Source of the DNA: Phoronis australis
Lineage: Eukaryota; Animalia; Phoronida
Direction of reading: 5' to 3'
Length of the DNA: 64,000 nt
Assembly (NCBI GenBank): GCA_002633005.1
Contig: NMRA01000013.1
Coordinates: forward strand, 380,490 to 444,489
Below, in pieces: positions 11,896 to 24,858 of this stretch. The stretch's first letter is position 1, and every line of letters starts with the position of its first letter. The notes below the pieces were generated by a model that was not told the DNA's origin, did not search any database, and saw nothing but the letters and a program-made list of their open reading frames with translations. A program made the position numbers and the translations under genes.

Positions 11896-14800
11896 TTTTG
11901 TCATATTTCATGGATTCGATGACGTGACCCAGAGTGTAGAAATCAATACCTCGTAAGTCATATCAATCTCTTATTTCGATGCTAATTATTCAATGGTTAT
12001 GTTCTGGGTAATTCGCTTCCTCTTGAATAAACTTCAGTCTTATTTGCTAATACTCAAAGTCTTCACACTAGCTTGCGTAAGTTTTTGCGTAAGATTTCGA
12101 CTTCATGATTTCGGTGCAACACTAGATGCGCAACATTCATGACTTTTGGAAAAACTACATCAATAATTTTAGCTACGCGTCATGGTAGATTGGGTTCCAA
12201 CCTATTAATTAATTTAGGTGAGATTACTAAAACAGAGTGGTTTGCTTTAGTTAAGATGTCGGTTACGTCAAACGTGAGACGTACAGTCACGTAGGTGTCA
12301 TGTATTTAGTTAACCGTTTTTTTCGATTGCGAACACGGAAATCATTGCAAAAGGAAATATTTTGACAAACAACATGAAAACAAGATTGGCGACATCAAAC
12401 GTATGAAGGTGAAAGTTGGTCTCAGGTTGTGCAGCTAACATGATATATAGCCTAAAGGATGAGACGGTCATTGCCAAGATCCTTGGCCATTAATTATATG
12501 CACTTCAGGTATCTTTTGCACGAACTTTTAACCTTAAGTACTTGATGCGCACATCAAAGTCGTTTGTGATTTATCTTCTTGTGACTCATTTTTCCATTTC
12601 CTACAATCGATGAAAAAACATAGCAAGGTGACACACTTAACAGTAAATCCTGACAAAAAGTGACACTGAACACGCAAGGTGACAAAGGTACAAAAGGTAT
12701 CGCGTAGGTCGTCTTTCAAGTCATGTAGTTATTCATATGTTTAACGCCTATTTTTCATATTGGGTTACGTGTTTTAACACATTAAAATGTGTCGCCTTAA
12801 TCGTGAAATATGTAACTAGCAGCTGGAAACCTATAAAAGTGCTTGTTTAATGAAACTGTGTGTCGAGGCGAGTACATTAAAAGGTTGATGGAAATCAAGC
12901 CTGTTAAGTCATCTGTTTTGCTGCGTTTCGTATTTACAGGAGACTATAAGGTCACGTCAACTCTTCAAAATTGTAAGCCATGCATTCTGCGATGATAAAG
13001 CGCTTATAGTTTGCAGTGAGTAACAGCAATAGACACAGGACATCAATCAGTGTGTTAGGGCGGCAAAATCATGTGCCCCGTGTCAGAAAAAGAAACAAGT
13101 AGCGACATGTGATTACTAACAATATTAGTACACTAAACAATTATATACTAACAGTGTCCACTCCAGGCCGTAAAACATTTATTTAAAAGTGTTGTTAGGA
13201 ACGTTGCTCAGATTTTGGGGGAATTTCTAAAAAAAAAACAACGCAAACATGTTGATTTCTTCAGTATCAAAACCGGCAATTAGCGACCATCAGTTTATCA
13301 AATGTCTTGATTTCGAAACGGGGCCATCTTCATGATGGCTTAGAGAGACAAAAATCCTTACGGAAATGATTTCAAATAATCAAAAAAATTCAAAATTTTT
13401 TTGCTTCCTGTGACCGTTCTAAAAACGTCAAAAGTCAATTTCTCCAGGAAAATCGCATGGGGCTATTTTCACAAAAATGCAACTCTATGGTGACAGTCGA
13501 GCACACGCCATTATATTCTATAGTGTTTCATAACTACGCTTTGTGGTCAAGACATTATGTATCCAAGTGTCATACTTTTGTTTAATTTTCCAAAAGTAGC
13601 GTAAAATGAATAAAGTGGTAAAAGTTAATTTTATCACCGGAACTTCAAGTGCGTTATCCAATGCCATACTTGTGGTTTACTGTTGGAGGAGGTAACTTTA
13701 AAACGAGTCACCTTAACAAACAACGTTGGTTTCTTCTTTAATTCAACGACATGGAATGCACAGAATCGTTGAAAGTTGTCTGCCGGAATTTTAAAGCTGG
13801 GGAAGGATTTACAGCAAATGTATGGAGTTTTGGTGAACTCGTGGCGGGTTTTCTAATCCAGTCGATCCTGCGTTGCGGGGTCGGCGAACTTGTAGGCCTA
13901 CGGTCGCTTCGTTAGTTCAACTTCGACTTGAGCTGTGACGCGGTTACCGCACGATGTCGCAACTTGTCTGTAAATAGCTGCAGCTACGTAACGCAGAAGA
14001 TAGTAGTTACCCTTAGAGCATAACTAAGTGCAAATCAAGCCAGTACCCGGGGTACATGATGTAGCTGTGAGTGCCCAAATGAATGAAAAAGCAACGAGTG
14101 CTTACGAACTCAGAAAAAATTCGATGAATAACAACATGTTCCACAAAAATCAGCTGTTCCCCAAGAAAAGTTGTTTTTGCGATTTGAGAAACGACATCAA
14201 ACGTAATCAACCACATTTAGTCATTTCCAACACCTACAGACCTAAGTTTTACTTCAGTGAGCCATTTGGAATCGTAGGTATTCGTCCAGGATTTCAATTA
14301 GCAGAAATCTTGTTTTCGTATTGGACTTAGGGAGTTTGGATTGCAAATTTTTATGAAGGACAGGTGAACTGAACAGAGAATAATTGGATTATAATCCAAG
14401 TATGCTTCGTACCAAATGAAGGTAGGACATTTACGATTTCTTGTACACTGTAAGACACTTGGTCGACAACGCGTCAAAAAACTTTTACGCGGCATCACAA
14501 AAAATAAACTATTCAAAACTACCATAGGCATCTGTGTCCGGTTGCATGAAACATTCCCCAAGCAGAGGCTCAACTACAGTGTATAAGTTACCTAAGTCTT
14601 CTGTGCTTTTTGTCAGTGTCTTTGTCTGTGCCAAAGTTTAATGTTTTCCTTTCACGTTATCTTTATCGTGAGGTCCTCTAATTCTCGTGTTACTTTCTAA
14701 TTATAGACACTTACGTCTGAAAACTGAGCCCTTATTTCATTGAAAATAAATAGGGACTAGTCTTTGAATTGTGTTTTCACAAGTCCGCAAATGCCATGGA

Positions 14801-15299
14801 AAGTGAAAGGAACTGTGTTCTGTCGCTATTTTGGACTTTTCCGTGCAACTGTTTAGCGCGAGATTTGAGTTGATTGACAGGTTGAGCGTAAACAAACTTG
14901 GCGCTCTCGCACTTTAGCCTTTCAAAAAGCGGCGACTTTCATTAGGAAACAACTAATCTATATAATAAAATTAATTTGATTTCCTTACGTAGTTTATTGG
15001 ATTCGGAGCTCGTGTTTTTAAATCAGTATGCACTTTGTGTAATGACTTTACAGTAAACATTAAACGATGTCGGTGTTTTTAAACAACGATAAAAACAACG
15101 GACGCTAGTTGCTTGATTCGAACAGAAAAAAAATATTCCGTTGCCATTGTTTATAAATTAAGTCTAACCTTTTTGGAATTCAGTTTCAGAATCTTCCTTC
15201 CTGTACTCCAAATACCATCAAATAGTCTGGGATTTTAGTGAGACTTTTTTTGAAACGAAATGAATCCAAATATACGTGTTTATGAAGACGAGATGAATC

Positions 15300-16330
15300 A
15301 TTGACCCACTATGAGAGAGAATACCTCATGATGCGGAAGGAGTGTTCCTTTTTATTGCTGAGATTCAACGAACACGAATCGATATCTGATGTCAATAAAT
15401 ACTCGGGCTCACAGGGCGATGCAGTGTAGGCTATGCGAACATTTTTCACTGCACTTTCAAGATCTTAAACTTGCCCCACCTGCAATAAACCAAAGCAACC
15501 ACTGAATTCTGGGTTGTCTTGGCGTCTTCAGTCTTCGAGTGACCAACATCATCCTCTCATCCATCTTGCGGGGAGCAAGGTGGATACTCAATCATTTGGC
15601 GCATGTCTACACAGTTATTGTCTCAGTGGCCTCAGTAGACCCACTAACTTTATTTCCCCAAAATCAAAAAACGCTACAATATCACCATTAATAACAGAAA
15701 ATATGCTTTCACGACTCCGACTAGTCGGCACAGGCATAGTTTGTGGCGGAACAAAACTGGCGCCAGCCAAGGAGAGACGGAGGTGAACCTGGTGTCGACA
15801 TCAGAGAATCCGGCGGAGGTGAAACTAATGCCGACCCGGGAGTTCACAAACATGTTTGCGCCCGTACAAAGGAACACCCTCCTGTGCATATACCATTCCT
15901 ATTGTAACGACCGAGATTCGGCTTTAGGTAACTGTTTTGCAATGGCTATATGGTCTTGGGATAATCCCTACACTAGCGAGCACCTAGTTCAATACACTTG
16001 CCAGAAATGACAGCACTCCGGCACTGAACTGAATCCAAAACTAAATGTACTTCAAAGCGGTTCTCAAATTGCTCTTACTATTTTCGATTTCCTCCGAGAT
16101 TTCTTTCCACTTCTCAAGACTATTCCCCAACTGTTTCAGCAGGTCTAGTCACTATTGTTGACACTCTGTCTCCAAAATCTTAACCTCTATAAGTTGATAC
16201 GGGAAAGATATCTGAATGTCTCTTCCCAAAGTTTCAAAATCTTCATCTCCTGTTACAGTAATTGACAGCTTGACTTGGATATTGCATATCGCAAAACGAT
16301 TGTCAGGGATTCAATGTCAGGTTTAGGGCC
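15300..16330 (-). mobile_element. Highly decayed LINE ORF1/AP-endonuclease remnant
   Basis: Broken minus-strand frames give APE-like pieces in the right order (RHAPND..RWM, RRQD..SG, IAYxxSP, SLIVG). Many stops. Confidence 0.3.
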
Positions 16331-17819
16331 TGTCCGTCGATCTTTGGGTTAGGGCTACATTCAATTCTATTTTTAGGATTTTTGAGGGTTATTTTTTTCT
16401 CGAGGTTTGGTAAGGGACGGGCTAGGGATTATTTTGAAACAGCATATAAGAGTCTTTCTGGTGAAAAATACATGACTGTTCTTGCCTTAGTACAACGAAA
16501 ATGAGGAGACGAAGAGAGGCAAGAAAAGAGCAATCAGTTTTATGTGTTTTATGCATTTTTGGAATGAACATAAAGATTGGATTTAGCTAATACTAATATC
16601 TAGTGGCTATGGTTTTTATCCAGATTCCAAACAATAATAGTTATTTATGATCTGTGAAACCGTACTGTGGATGCGCTTAAATTCAAAAATCATTCGCATT
16701 ACGTCTTGTTGTTCTGTGTTCTATTGAAAAACTGCGCAGGACAACAGGATATTCGTTAACATGTTATTCTCGCTGTTCATTGATTGTATAGCGCTACTAG
16801 CGGATTGGAAATACGGTAATTCCGGCAATGAGAGCGCGCTTTTGAATAGTGCAAGAACACATAGAAAACTAGGTAGTCTCCCAGAAGGATCTGCCAAGCA
16901 CACGAACGCAAACAGAATAAAAATAAAGGGAGACTCTACATAAAACATTGCACTAAAAATAATACAGAAACAAGAATAATTATTACCATTGCATTTTTAA
17001 TTAAATACTAAAATGTTGATGCCTTTTCTAACAATACATACGTGTGCCCTGGAAGTGTGTTTCACAGCACGACGCTAGAATAGTGCAAACTGTCTTTGCA
17101 GTATTCAGTCCATGGCCGGGGTAACTTAAGATCTTGCGTGAAGACAGAACGGGTACCGTGTAACAAGTGGGTGTGTCTCGGAGACAAGAGAACATTTGTA
17201 ACTCAAGTATTCCGAAGTCTTGTCGTAGAGGCACTTGAACAACAAGAGTAATGCAAAATGTGCAGTTCTTTCGTCGTTTATTGAGATAGGTCCCCAATTT
17301 GCGGCACGAGCTTACGTGGGACCTTACATACAGATATTTATCTAAATGTCTACAACGCTATAGATTTTAAATCAGTAAAATTGAATATTTTCTGAAAGTA
17401 GAGTGGTTGTAGAATTTGTTTTTGATATTTTAACAATCCGCCATTGATTAAGGCACGTGACCATTGTCTGTGTATTAAAATGTAGCAAAGCTAAAGGTTT
17501 ATTTATAGCAAAGCAACGATAGCAAAAACGCGTCCAAGTTTCATTTGACATAAACGTTCGAGATCTCAGAAATGCTGTTACAATTTTCTAAATTATCGTT
17601 GGTTTTCGGTTTTGGTTTCAATATTTCGTTCAATGCGAGCACTTAGACAGAAGTGCCCGGCTGACACCTTTAACTGGGCAACTCGCCCCCTTCGCTAATC
17701 TTGAAATCCGCCGCTGTCATTAAAGCTGCCGTTATCGTACTCTGGAGATTAACCTTTAATCAGGCGCAAACGTGCCCATCATCAACACTTTTTTCACAAG
17801 TTTTTTATTTTGTGACATT

Positions 17820-18533
17820 TTGTGAATATACACAAAATGTACCGAGAGTGACGTAGATGGAGTAATACCCCACGAGACATTGCGTATCGACCGAGACCAA
17901 CAGAAGGTCGTAGTCGATACGCGAAATAATGTCCAGTGGGATATTACTTCATCTGCGCCAATCTAGGTTCGTTTAGTATTTATCCCATACACTTCAAATT
18001 CCTAAGCTTTTTTTAGTTTTTTCGGCAGATTTTTTTAAATACTTCATCCAGACTGTTCACGTGGCGGATCACATCGCATTAGGTTGTACAAGTCACAAGT
18101 TTTAAATGTAACGATTTATTACTTGAAAAGAGATAACAGTGATGAAAAACAACGGTTATTTTGCATTGGACTGAGTGTAAATAACAACAATATTGATATT
18201 GTAGTTACCGAGGAATCGGCGCCTAAGTTGTTGACGATATAATATTTAGCAACGGAGACAGAAGCGTCATATAATTAAGAGTTTTGTACCAGATGTTACG
18301 TTTGGGATCTGGTTGCATGTTGAGTGTTATTTATATAGTGCTTCAATTTATTAATTTAAACTATTTTGGGAAAGTTTGATGATCGAACCGGCTAACCACG
18401 TCAAGCCGACATTGGCCTATCTTTTGAACTTTCCACGTGAGAAGGCACCGTTGAAGTAGTCCGGGAGGGGAATACAGAAAACAATATCGCATGGTCGTAT
18501 TGCACTCGACTGATTCAACGCGTATGGGATAAA
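17820..18533 (+). mobile_element. Old non-autonomous repeat with internal hairpin and TTTATCCCATAC/GTATGGGATAAA inverted motifs (possibly Crypton-like)
   Basis: Imperfect hairpin at ~17850-17960 (GCGTATCGAC...GTCGATACGC), TTTATCCCATAC at ~17979 and its complement at 18522-18533. Homolog of 2487-3190. Confidence 0.65.
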
Positions 18534-20967
18534 GGTGGTCTTCGTCATTCCCAAGATATTATTTTGATCGAAATCTCCAATGTCACGTAATTCAGTTGAG
18601 GCCGGAAAATCAGTGGGGTCAAGAGGAAAAATGGTTACGATTCAATTACATCGGATTTACAAAACTGACTACTGAAAAAACACAAACCCTGGTACAAATT
18701 TTAAAAAAGTACTTGTAAACTAGCTATCAAAACAAAACCTTTAGTCTTTCCGAAAAATTATTTGAAATCGATTTGAATTCTATTTTACTTCAACACAATT
18801 ATTAGACACGAGAGAAATAGTCTAAAAGTGGAATCATTATATCTAGGCTTATTAACACATAGCATGAAATTAGTTAAATAAAACCCTTTAAAATATGCAA
18901 GAACACAAAGAAAATAAAGAGAAGAAAATGAAATGATACTGAACTGAATTACTAACAAAGTAACAAACAAATGAGAACAAACAAAAAATCAGCATAGCGT
19001 GGAATTTTAAGCAATCAGTCGGGTACCATATGTAATATTGAAATCACTGAGGCTTTGGAGTAATTAAGCATTACAATATAATCTAAAATGTGGCAACCTC
19101 ATGATAAAACGTGAATTTTTCATATTTATTACCAAGGTTATCAAAATGAGACAAACTTTTAATTATTTTTGGGAATTTAGTTATCCTTTGTGCGAACTCG
19201 AGATAACATTCTGTCAGTCTATGCTGTATTATATGAAGGCTTACGCATTTGAGTTTACAGTCCAAGTTCACATTCGATTACCCCTAAATTCGAGCTACAA
19301 ACTCGAGATTTATACTAATATCTCGAAATTTCGGGTCAAGACTCGGAACTTTTAATCTCTTGCCGCGGTCATTAATTTCAAACTAAAATTAGATAGTACT
19401 AGGGCTACACGTAAGTCATGATATATTCGGGCATAGAGCAATAGACTTATCTTGAATTCGAAGAAAAGTAGAAATCAGAAAAGAAAATGCCAAACATAAT
19501 TTAGAGTTGCATTTCGAGTAATTAGATTAAACCCCGAGTGCTTATTGCATTATTCTGAATAAAATTTGCTTAACGTAAATCACACATGACAATGCATCAG
19601 TAGTTTTGTTATTAATCTAAAAACTGTCACTGGTATAGCCGGTCAAAACTTGACAAGTCTTATACTTTTGATAGCAATGTCATGGTAGAAATGAACAACA
19701 CATGATCGGCTAAAATTAACAACGATCACTTTCTGGGAGGGTTAGAAGTAATTACGAAGCTCAAAATTGCACATTAACAAAGTTATTGAGGCTTTTAATT
19801 AGAATTTTTCGTTTTAAACTTGTCGTATGATAATGAGGTAATTAAGTAGGTCATATTGCGCCATTAAGTAAGCACCACTCGCATTGGTCAATGCCAGGCT
19901 TATGTCATTTATTTTAACCAATGAAAAACAAGGTCACATACAGAAAGCCACTTCCTGTATGTCTGCTTCCAGGGTATCCACCTTTGAGTGCTGTGATACA
20001 CTTGCTTTTTTTAAACTGGTGAATTTAATTACGCAGGAATTCTGTTAAAAACTGTTGAGAGCTTGTTACAACTAAGCCTTGAAAGTGCAGAACGGAATCT
20101 ATATTTATTCGAAGTTCACAAGCGGGGAGTGGTCAGTGAAGCTCTCTAAGCGTATCCCTTGACTGTCTTGACAGTCACAGTCAGTCAGCCCATAGGACTT
20201 AATACGAGTCGCATTGGATGATTTTGGTAAATAAGCTCATGTTTTCTGATGTCACTACATTCACAATTTGTTAATTAGCCTTTTGGTTCTCGTGTACCTC
20301 AAATAATCATCTTTTACCAGAAATTAGAAAAAATCTGTTAATGCTAATTTATTAGATGCTCTTTCTCATTTTACACTTTCAGGAATTTGCGCTACTGATA
20401 CAACCATTTCTACACATTTTTAAATGTGATATGGAGAGTTGACTGAACTACAAGCTAAACTGCTCAAGCTATAAAACAAAAGCAAGACTACGTTAGGAAA
20501 TTTTGTTGTAGTGGTTGTCGTTTGTAATTGTAATACATATGAACACTGGTGCAATAAAAGGATCTTGGATAAAATGCGAGTTCTGTGCCAAAATGAATTT
20601 GGCGCTTCTGGCCACAAAAACATCGTGAACTTTCTATAGCAATGCAACAGGGCTTGCCTTGAATGCTTAGATGTGTAAAAGCATGCTACATGTACATGTA
20701 TTGGCAATTCTTACACACCTTTCCTGAAGCCAACCAAAATCATTTGCTTATTCGTTTCATTCTGTTGTATGCGTTTTATGTACAATTGATGTTGTTGAAT
20801 AAGCAGTTAACAGGTTTCTTTGCATGCCAAAATAGTGCTTTGTCTACTGGTCTTGACACACTAGCCATAAATCTTTGGTTTTAGTTAGGAATTTATGCAA
20901 TTCTATTGCAATAGCTGTACGCAGCTTTTATGTAGCTGAAAAGCTTCTTCCATACTTGTTTACTCGA

Positions 20968-21215
20968 GTTGCCATGACAACCATTTTTGGATTTTTAAAA
21001 GTGGCCTACTGGTTATGGAACATCTCTAGGTGGTTGCAATTCTAAAATATTTGGTTACCGTGACAACGTTGCACGTTCAAGCTTGACAAATCCCTTAACT
21101 TTTTAGAAGGGTCGCTAAAATGATTTAAGCAAAATACCTATTTACCATGGCAACGGTGCATAGTTCAACTTGGAACTCCCAAACTTTAAAGGAAGTGCCA
21201 GTTTAAGTATTTTGA
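20968..21215 (+). repeat. Degenerate ~87-bp tandem units, each starting with a GTTGCCATGGCAAC-like palindrome
   Basis: Palindromes start at 20968, 21054 and 21141. The unit at 21141 aligns to the reverse complement of ~57470-57530. Confidence 0.6.
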
Positions 21216-21502
21216 ACATGGTTGTCTGCTTTTAATATAACCGTACTATTAAACTGAAAATTGCGTTTTTTCTCCTGCTAAATATTTGGTGAATCGTTCA
21301 CCTTTCAAAGAAAGTGTAGAAATTTCGTCACCAGAAAATTTGTGCGTTCTTTTAGAAAAGCCTGTAAGACACGCGATGTGTCATTTAATTTAGCCACGGA
21401 TACAAGACGGTGGCAGTGGAAATGCTTTTTCACCTCCACGGAGACAATGAAATCACTGATGTTTAAAGAAGACCTACATTTTTGCGTCCCACATATGTTA
21501 CG

Positions 21503-21741
21503 CATGCGCGCATCCAGGAAGGACTCGGGGGGCTGAGCCCCTCCCCCCATTTGGCGAAGTGGGCAAAAAGGTCCGCCTCAGAGAAAGAAAAGGTCCGAGC
21601 AAACGAGACAAAAGTCCGCTAAAAAGTTCACAGTTCTGAAGGTGGTACCCCGTTTTTTTAGTCCTCCCGCATTTTTGTCAGCAAAAGGACCACATCGCCA
21701 GAAATTCGAGCCCCCCATGTTAAAGGCTGGGTGCGCGCATG
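21503..21741 (+). mobile_element. MITE family B
   Basis: TIR CATGCGCGCAyCCAG with a perfect 5-bp TSD TTACG (21498-21502, 21742-21746). Confidence 0.9.
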
Positions 21742-22843
21742 TTACGTAACTACACAAGTAGTTTCTGGTAAGAAAAAAGGCCTATTTTTAGAAAGACAGG
21801 AGTGTTTTAGTAAAAGTAGGTGTTATGCGTGGTATGAAATGCAATGGTCGGCATCCAGTCTAATAAGAAAGAAATGGACTTTGATTTAACATATTTTAAC
21901 ACAACGTTGCACGCATTTAAGAGTAATTGATTGGCAACATCAAATAGTAATTCTAGTATCCACTGAACGTATTGATGACGATATCATAGGCTCGAACTGT
22001 TTCAAAATACTTGTAGGTATACAAAGGCATTGCTTCTGTTTGTGGCGTATGTCATAGCTTTCTGCAGGTTAACTGTTAATAGTTGATAGTACTTTACATC
22101 AAAACGAAGAAAGTATCGATAAATATCTTTCCACACATAAATAGAACTAGTTTAAATCTTTTAGGTAATGCATTACATTACATTGACAAAATCCCCAAAC
22201 TCTTGAATTTTGTGTGCAAAGTTTATCAGTTTTCAATCACAATGAATAACGCCGTACGTACGTGGTCGCAAGAACTGATTACATTTATATTAGTGTATGA
22301 CTGAAATTGTACATGTATTTGATATACTCCTCTCTCACAACGAATGGGACTACTGCGGTTGTGATTTCAAAATTATTTTGTTTCTGTATGTTTCTTTAGC
22401 CATAGAAACAAATTTTCAAAATTTACCTTTGCCGATATGGTCAAAATAGTCCCAATGTTTCAAAAAGTTTGTGGTATGTCATGGTCCCATTTTTGCACAA
22501 AGATCTCTGACAATGTAGGACGTTATTATCAGGAGCGTGCATTCATTCAAATATTTACAAAAAAGTGCCTTACTCGGTTGAATCTTTTAATATGACCTTT
22601 GTTCTGAAGCCCTCGTCACAGCCACAGTAATCAGGTAGCAATAATTGGCCGGGGCAGTATACCCATGTTTCGAGTCAAACATCGTAATTTCGGTGACATT
22701 TCATGACAGAAATGAGAGGGGTGCTTTAATCAGAAATATCCAAAGCAAACAGGAGTAACTGAGAGTTTGTGAACACAAAGTTTTTCGGCACTTTTGCCCC
22801 AAATCACTTTTCGTATCAGAAAAATGACAGCATGGAATTTTTA

Positions 22844-24066
22844 TTCCTGGGATCTTGAAGTTTTTCACCGGGAGCAGATTATTATGATGTCATCACGATC
22901 GTAACTTTGACACCCTCACCCGCGTTGCCACCTTCCCCGTCCCTCGCAGTCGCCACCTGTGTCCAGCACCTACAACCCTCTTCTGGTGCCCAGGGCAACT
23001 GCCATGCCTCTCACTACTCCGCTGAGACACTTGAATATGTCAGAATACTCGGATAAAAGACGCAGTGACTGGCAGTGTCGTAGCCAAAGGGGGTGGGGGA
23101 CACAAGAGGACCATGACACCCCTGGTTATTCCCGGTCAAAACTATGTGCATACTGCTTATACACCTACATGTACATGTAGCTCTTGGCAAGGTCTATCAT
23201 GGGCGGCTCTGCACTGAAAAAAGTGGGGCTATAGACCCCCAGCCTCATGTGGTGTACTGCCCTTAGACCACGGGCGGTGCAGCACTGGTGCGCCGCCCAT
23301 GTCTATCTTCATATTTCGAAGGCGCCGTCTAGGGACTGCTAAACTGAGCTCCCGTAAAGCAAAAATTTGAAAAAGTAATCAAATTTCATTTAAATAGGAC
23401 AGTGAACAATGTTTGTGTCATACGAATGATAAAACAGGTCCAGAATCGATGCTGTTCTTTTATCGTGAGACGTTTGTTACACGTTCCAGTAAAAGATCTT
23501 CATAAGTCATCAGTAAATTTCAAATAACTCTAGAACGGTAAATCGTAGCTTTAATTAAATAAGTTGAGCTTTTGCGAAACTCATTAGGGGAATGCGAAAG
23601 TGCGGTAAGGCGATCACTTCACTGTTAACGAAATCACTTCTTCCCGACACGGAAGATGTGCAAAAATAAATTAGTGCTATCAAAATAGATAAACGAGATA
23701 TTTGTCACCTCGAATAAGTGAAAAACCTGTAAAATGCGTAAGCTGATGACCTGCTCACTTCAAGCTCATTAACTTCTAACACAAATTAGAAACTGAATAT
23801 TCATTGTCGAGATGTTTGATGATAAACTTATGAGATTAAGTCATATTTAAATTAAGCATCATATCTTTCGTACAAAATAAGTTCTTTGAAACGATTTCGC
23901 AAATTTTACTGCCTAATTATCTGAAATTTAATACATTTTCTGCGTGTAATTTGCAGACGAATTTGGTGAAGAATGGCAAAAGTTAAAGTTAAAAATCGTG
24001 CATAATGCGTCATTATTGATTAAAACACTGTCTTGGTCATTTTAATAAATACATTAAACATTACTG
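22844..24066 (+). repeat. Copy 1 of a ~1.2-kb direct duplication (copy 2 at 24859-26122)
   Basis: Near-identical text with scattered substitutions and indels. Copy 2 starts immediately after the N at 24858. Confidence 0.95.
23198..23301. mobile_element. MITE family C (CATGGGCGGC...GCCGCCCATG); longer counterpart at 25207-25351
   Basis: 10-bp TIR with a perfect 5-bp TSD TCTAT (23193-23197, 23302-23306). Confidence 0.8.
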
Positions 24067-24857
24067 GTGTGTACTTACAGTGATGTTATCTGCCTCAATA
24101 GTTGTCAGGCTTCTATGTAGTCTGACGTCTTGTCGCCCCTTCTTCGTAACAGCTAAACCAGGATTCTCTTCTACCCGCCGTACACTAACTAGTTGGAGGC
24201 GTAGCTTGATGTCGTCAGATGGCATCCAGCTTCCTCGACTCGTTTCGACCCTAAACCATAACGGTCTCCACTGGTGGGTCCACAGTGGCGGCCAACCCAC
24301 TGTGCATCACTGAGGCCTCCAACTTCCTTCATTCCGACGGTACCACAGCCAACAAGATGTCCTCTCAGCTGTCTCGCCCAGTCTTCTCACTGCAGCTTTC
24401 TTCCTTCCCCCTCGCACACCAATCTTCTCCAGCAACCACCATACAGATCTTGCAGGGAATCCTCTACATCCCACCTCTACAGGAAACAACCAAGTTCGCC
24501 AGCCCCGAGCTCTACATGTCTCCGCCAGCTCGCTATACTTAGATAATTTCCTCTCATGGGCCTCTTCGCATCCTTCCTCCCAAGGCACCGTAAGCTCTAT
24601 AATCACTATACATTGATGAATGTCCGACCACAGAATGATGTCAGGCCGAAGTGATGTTTCCACAATACTCGGGAACACAAGCTTTCTTCCCAGATCTACT
24701 CTCATTTCCCAGCTTACTCCATCCAGGATGCAAGGCTGCTGACGTGACTTCTTCCGTATCTCACCTTCCCTGACGAATTGTATGTGCTGTCTGCTTGCCC
24801 TAGGCTGTGTTACTCTTGTCTTACGCTCTCCATCTATGATGTCTGCAAGGGTCTTCA
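24067..24857 (-). mobile_element. 3' end of a HERO-like (R2-group) non-LTR retrotransposon with restriction-like endonuclease, cut by the assembly join
   Basis: Uninterrupted ORF end LRPDIILWS...IIELTVPWEEGCEEAHERKLSKY...GWRTWLFPVEVGCRGF (PD..(D/E) RLE motif), stop at ~24307, followed by a 3' UTR. Confidence 0.9.
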
Positions 24858-24858
24858 N

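Noticed and set aside
24208-24275. Hammerhead-like GAAAC...CTGACGA in the HERO 3' UTR
   Set aside because: Stems I and II cannot be closed around the cores. It is more likely an ordinary 3' UTR stem-loop.
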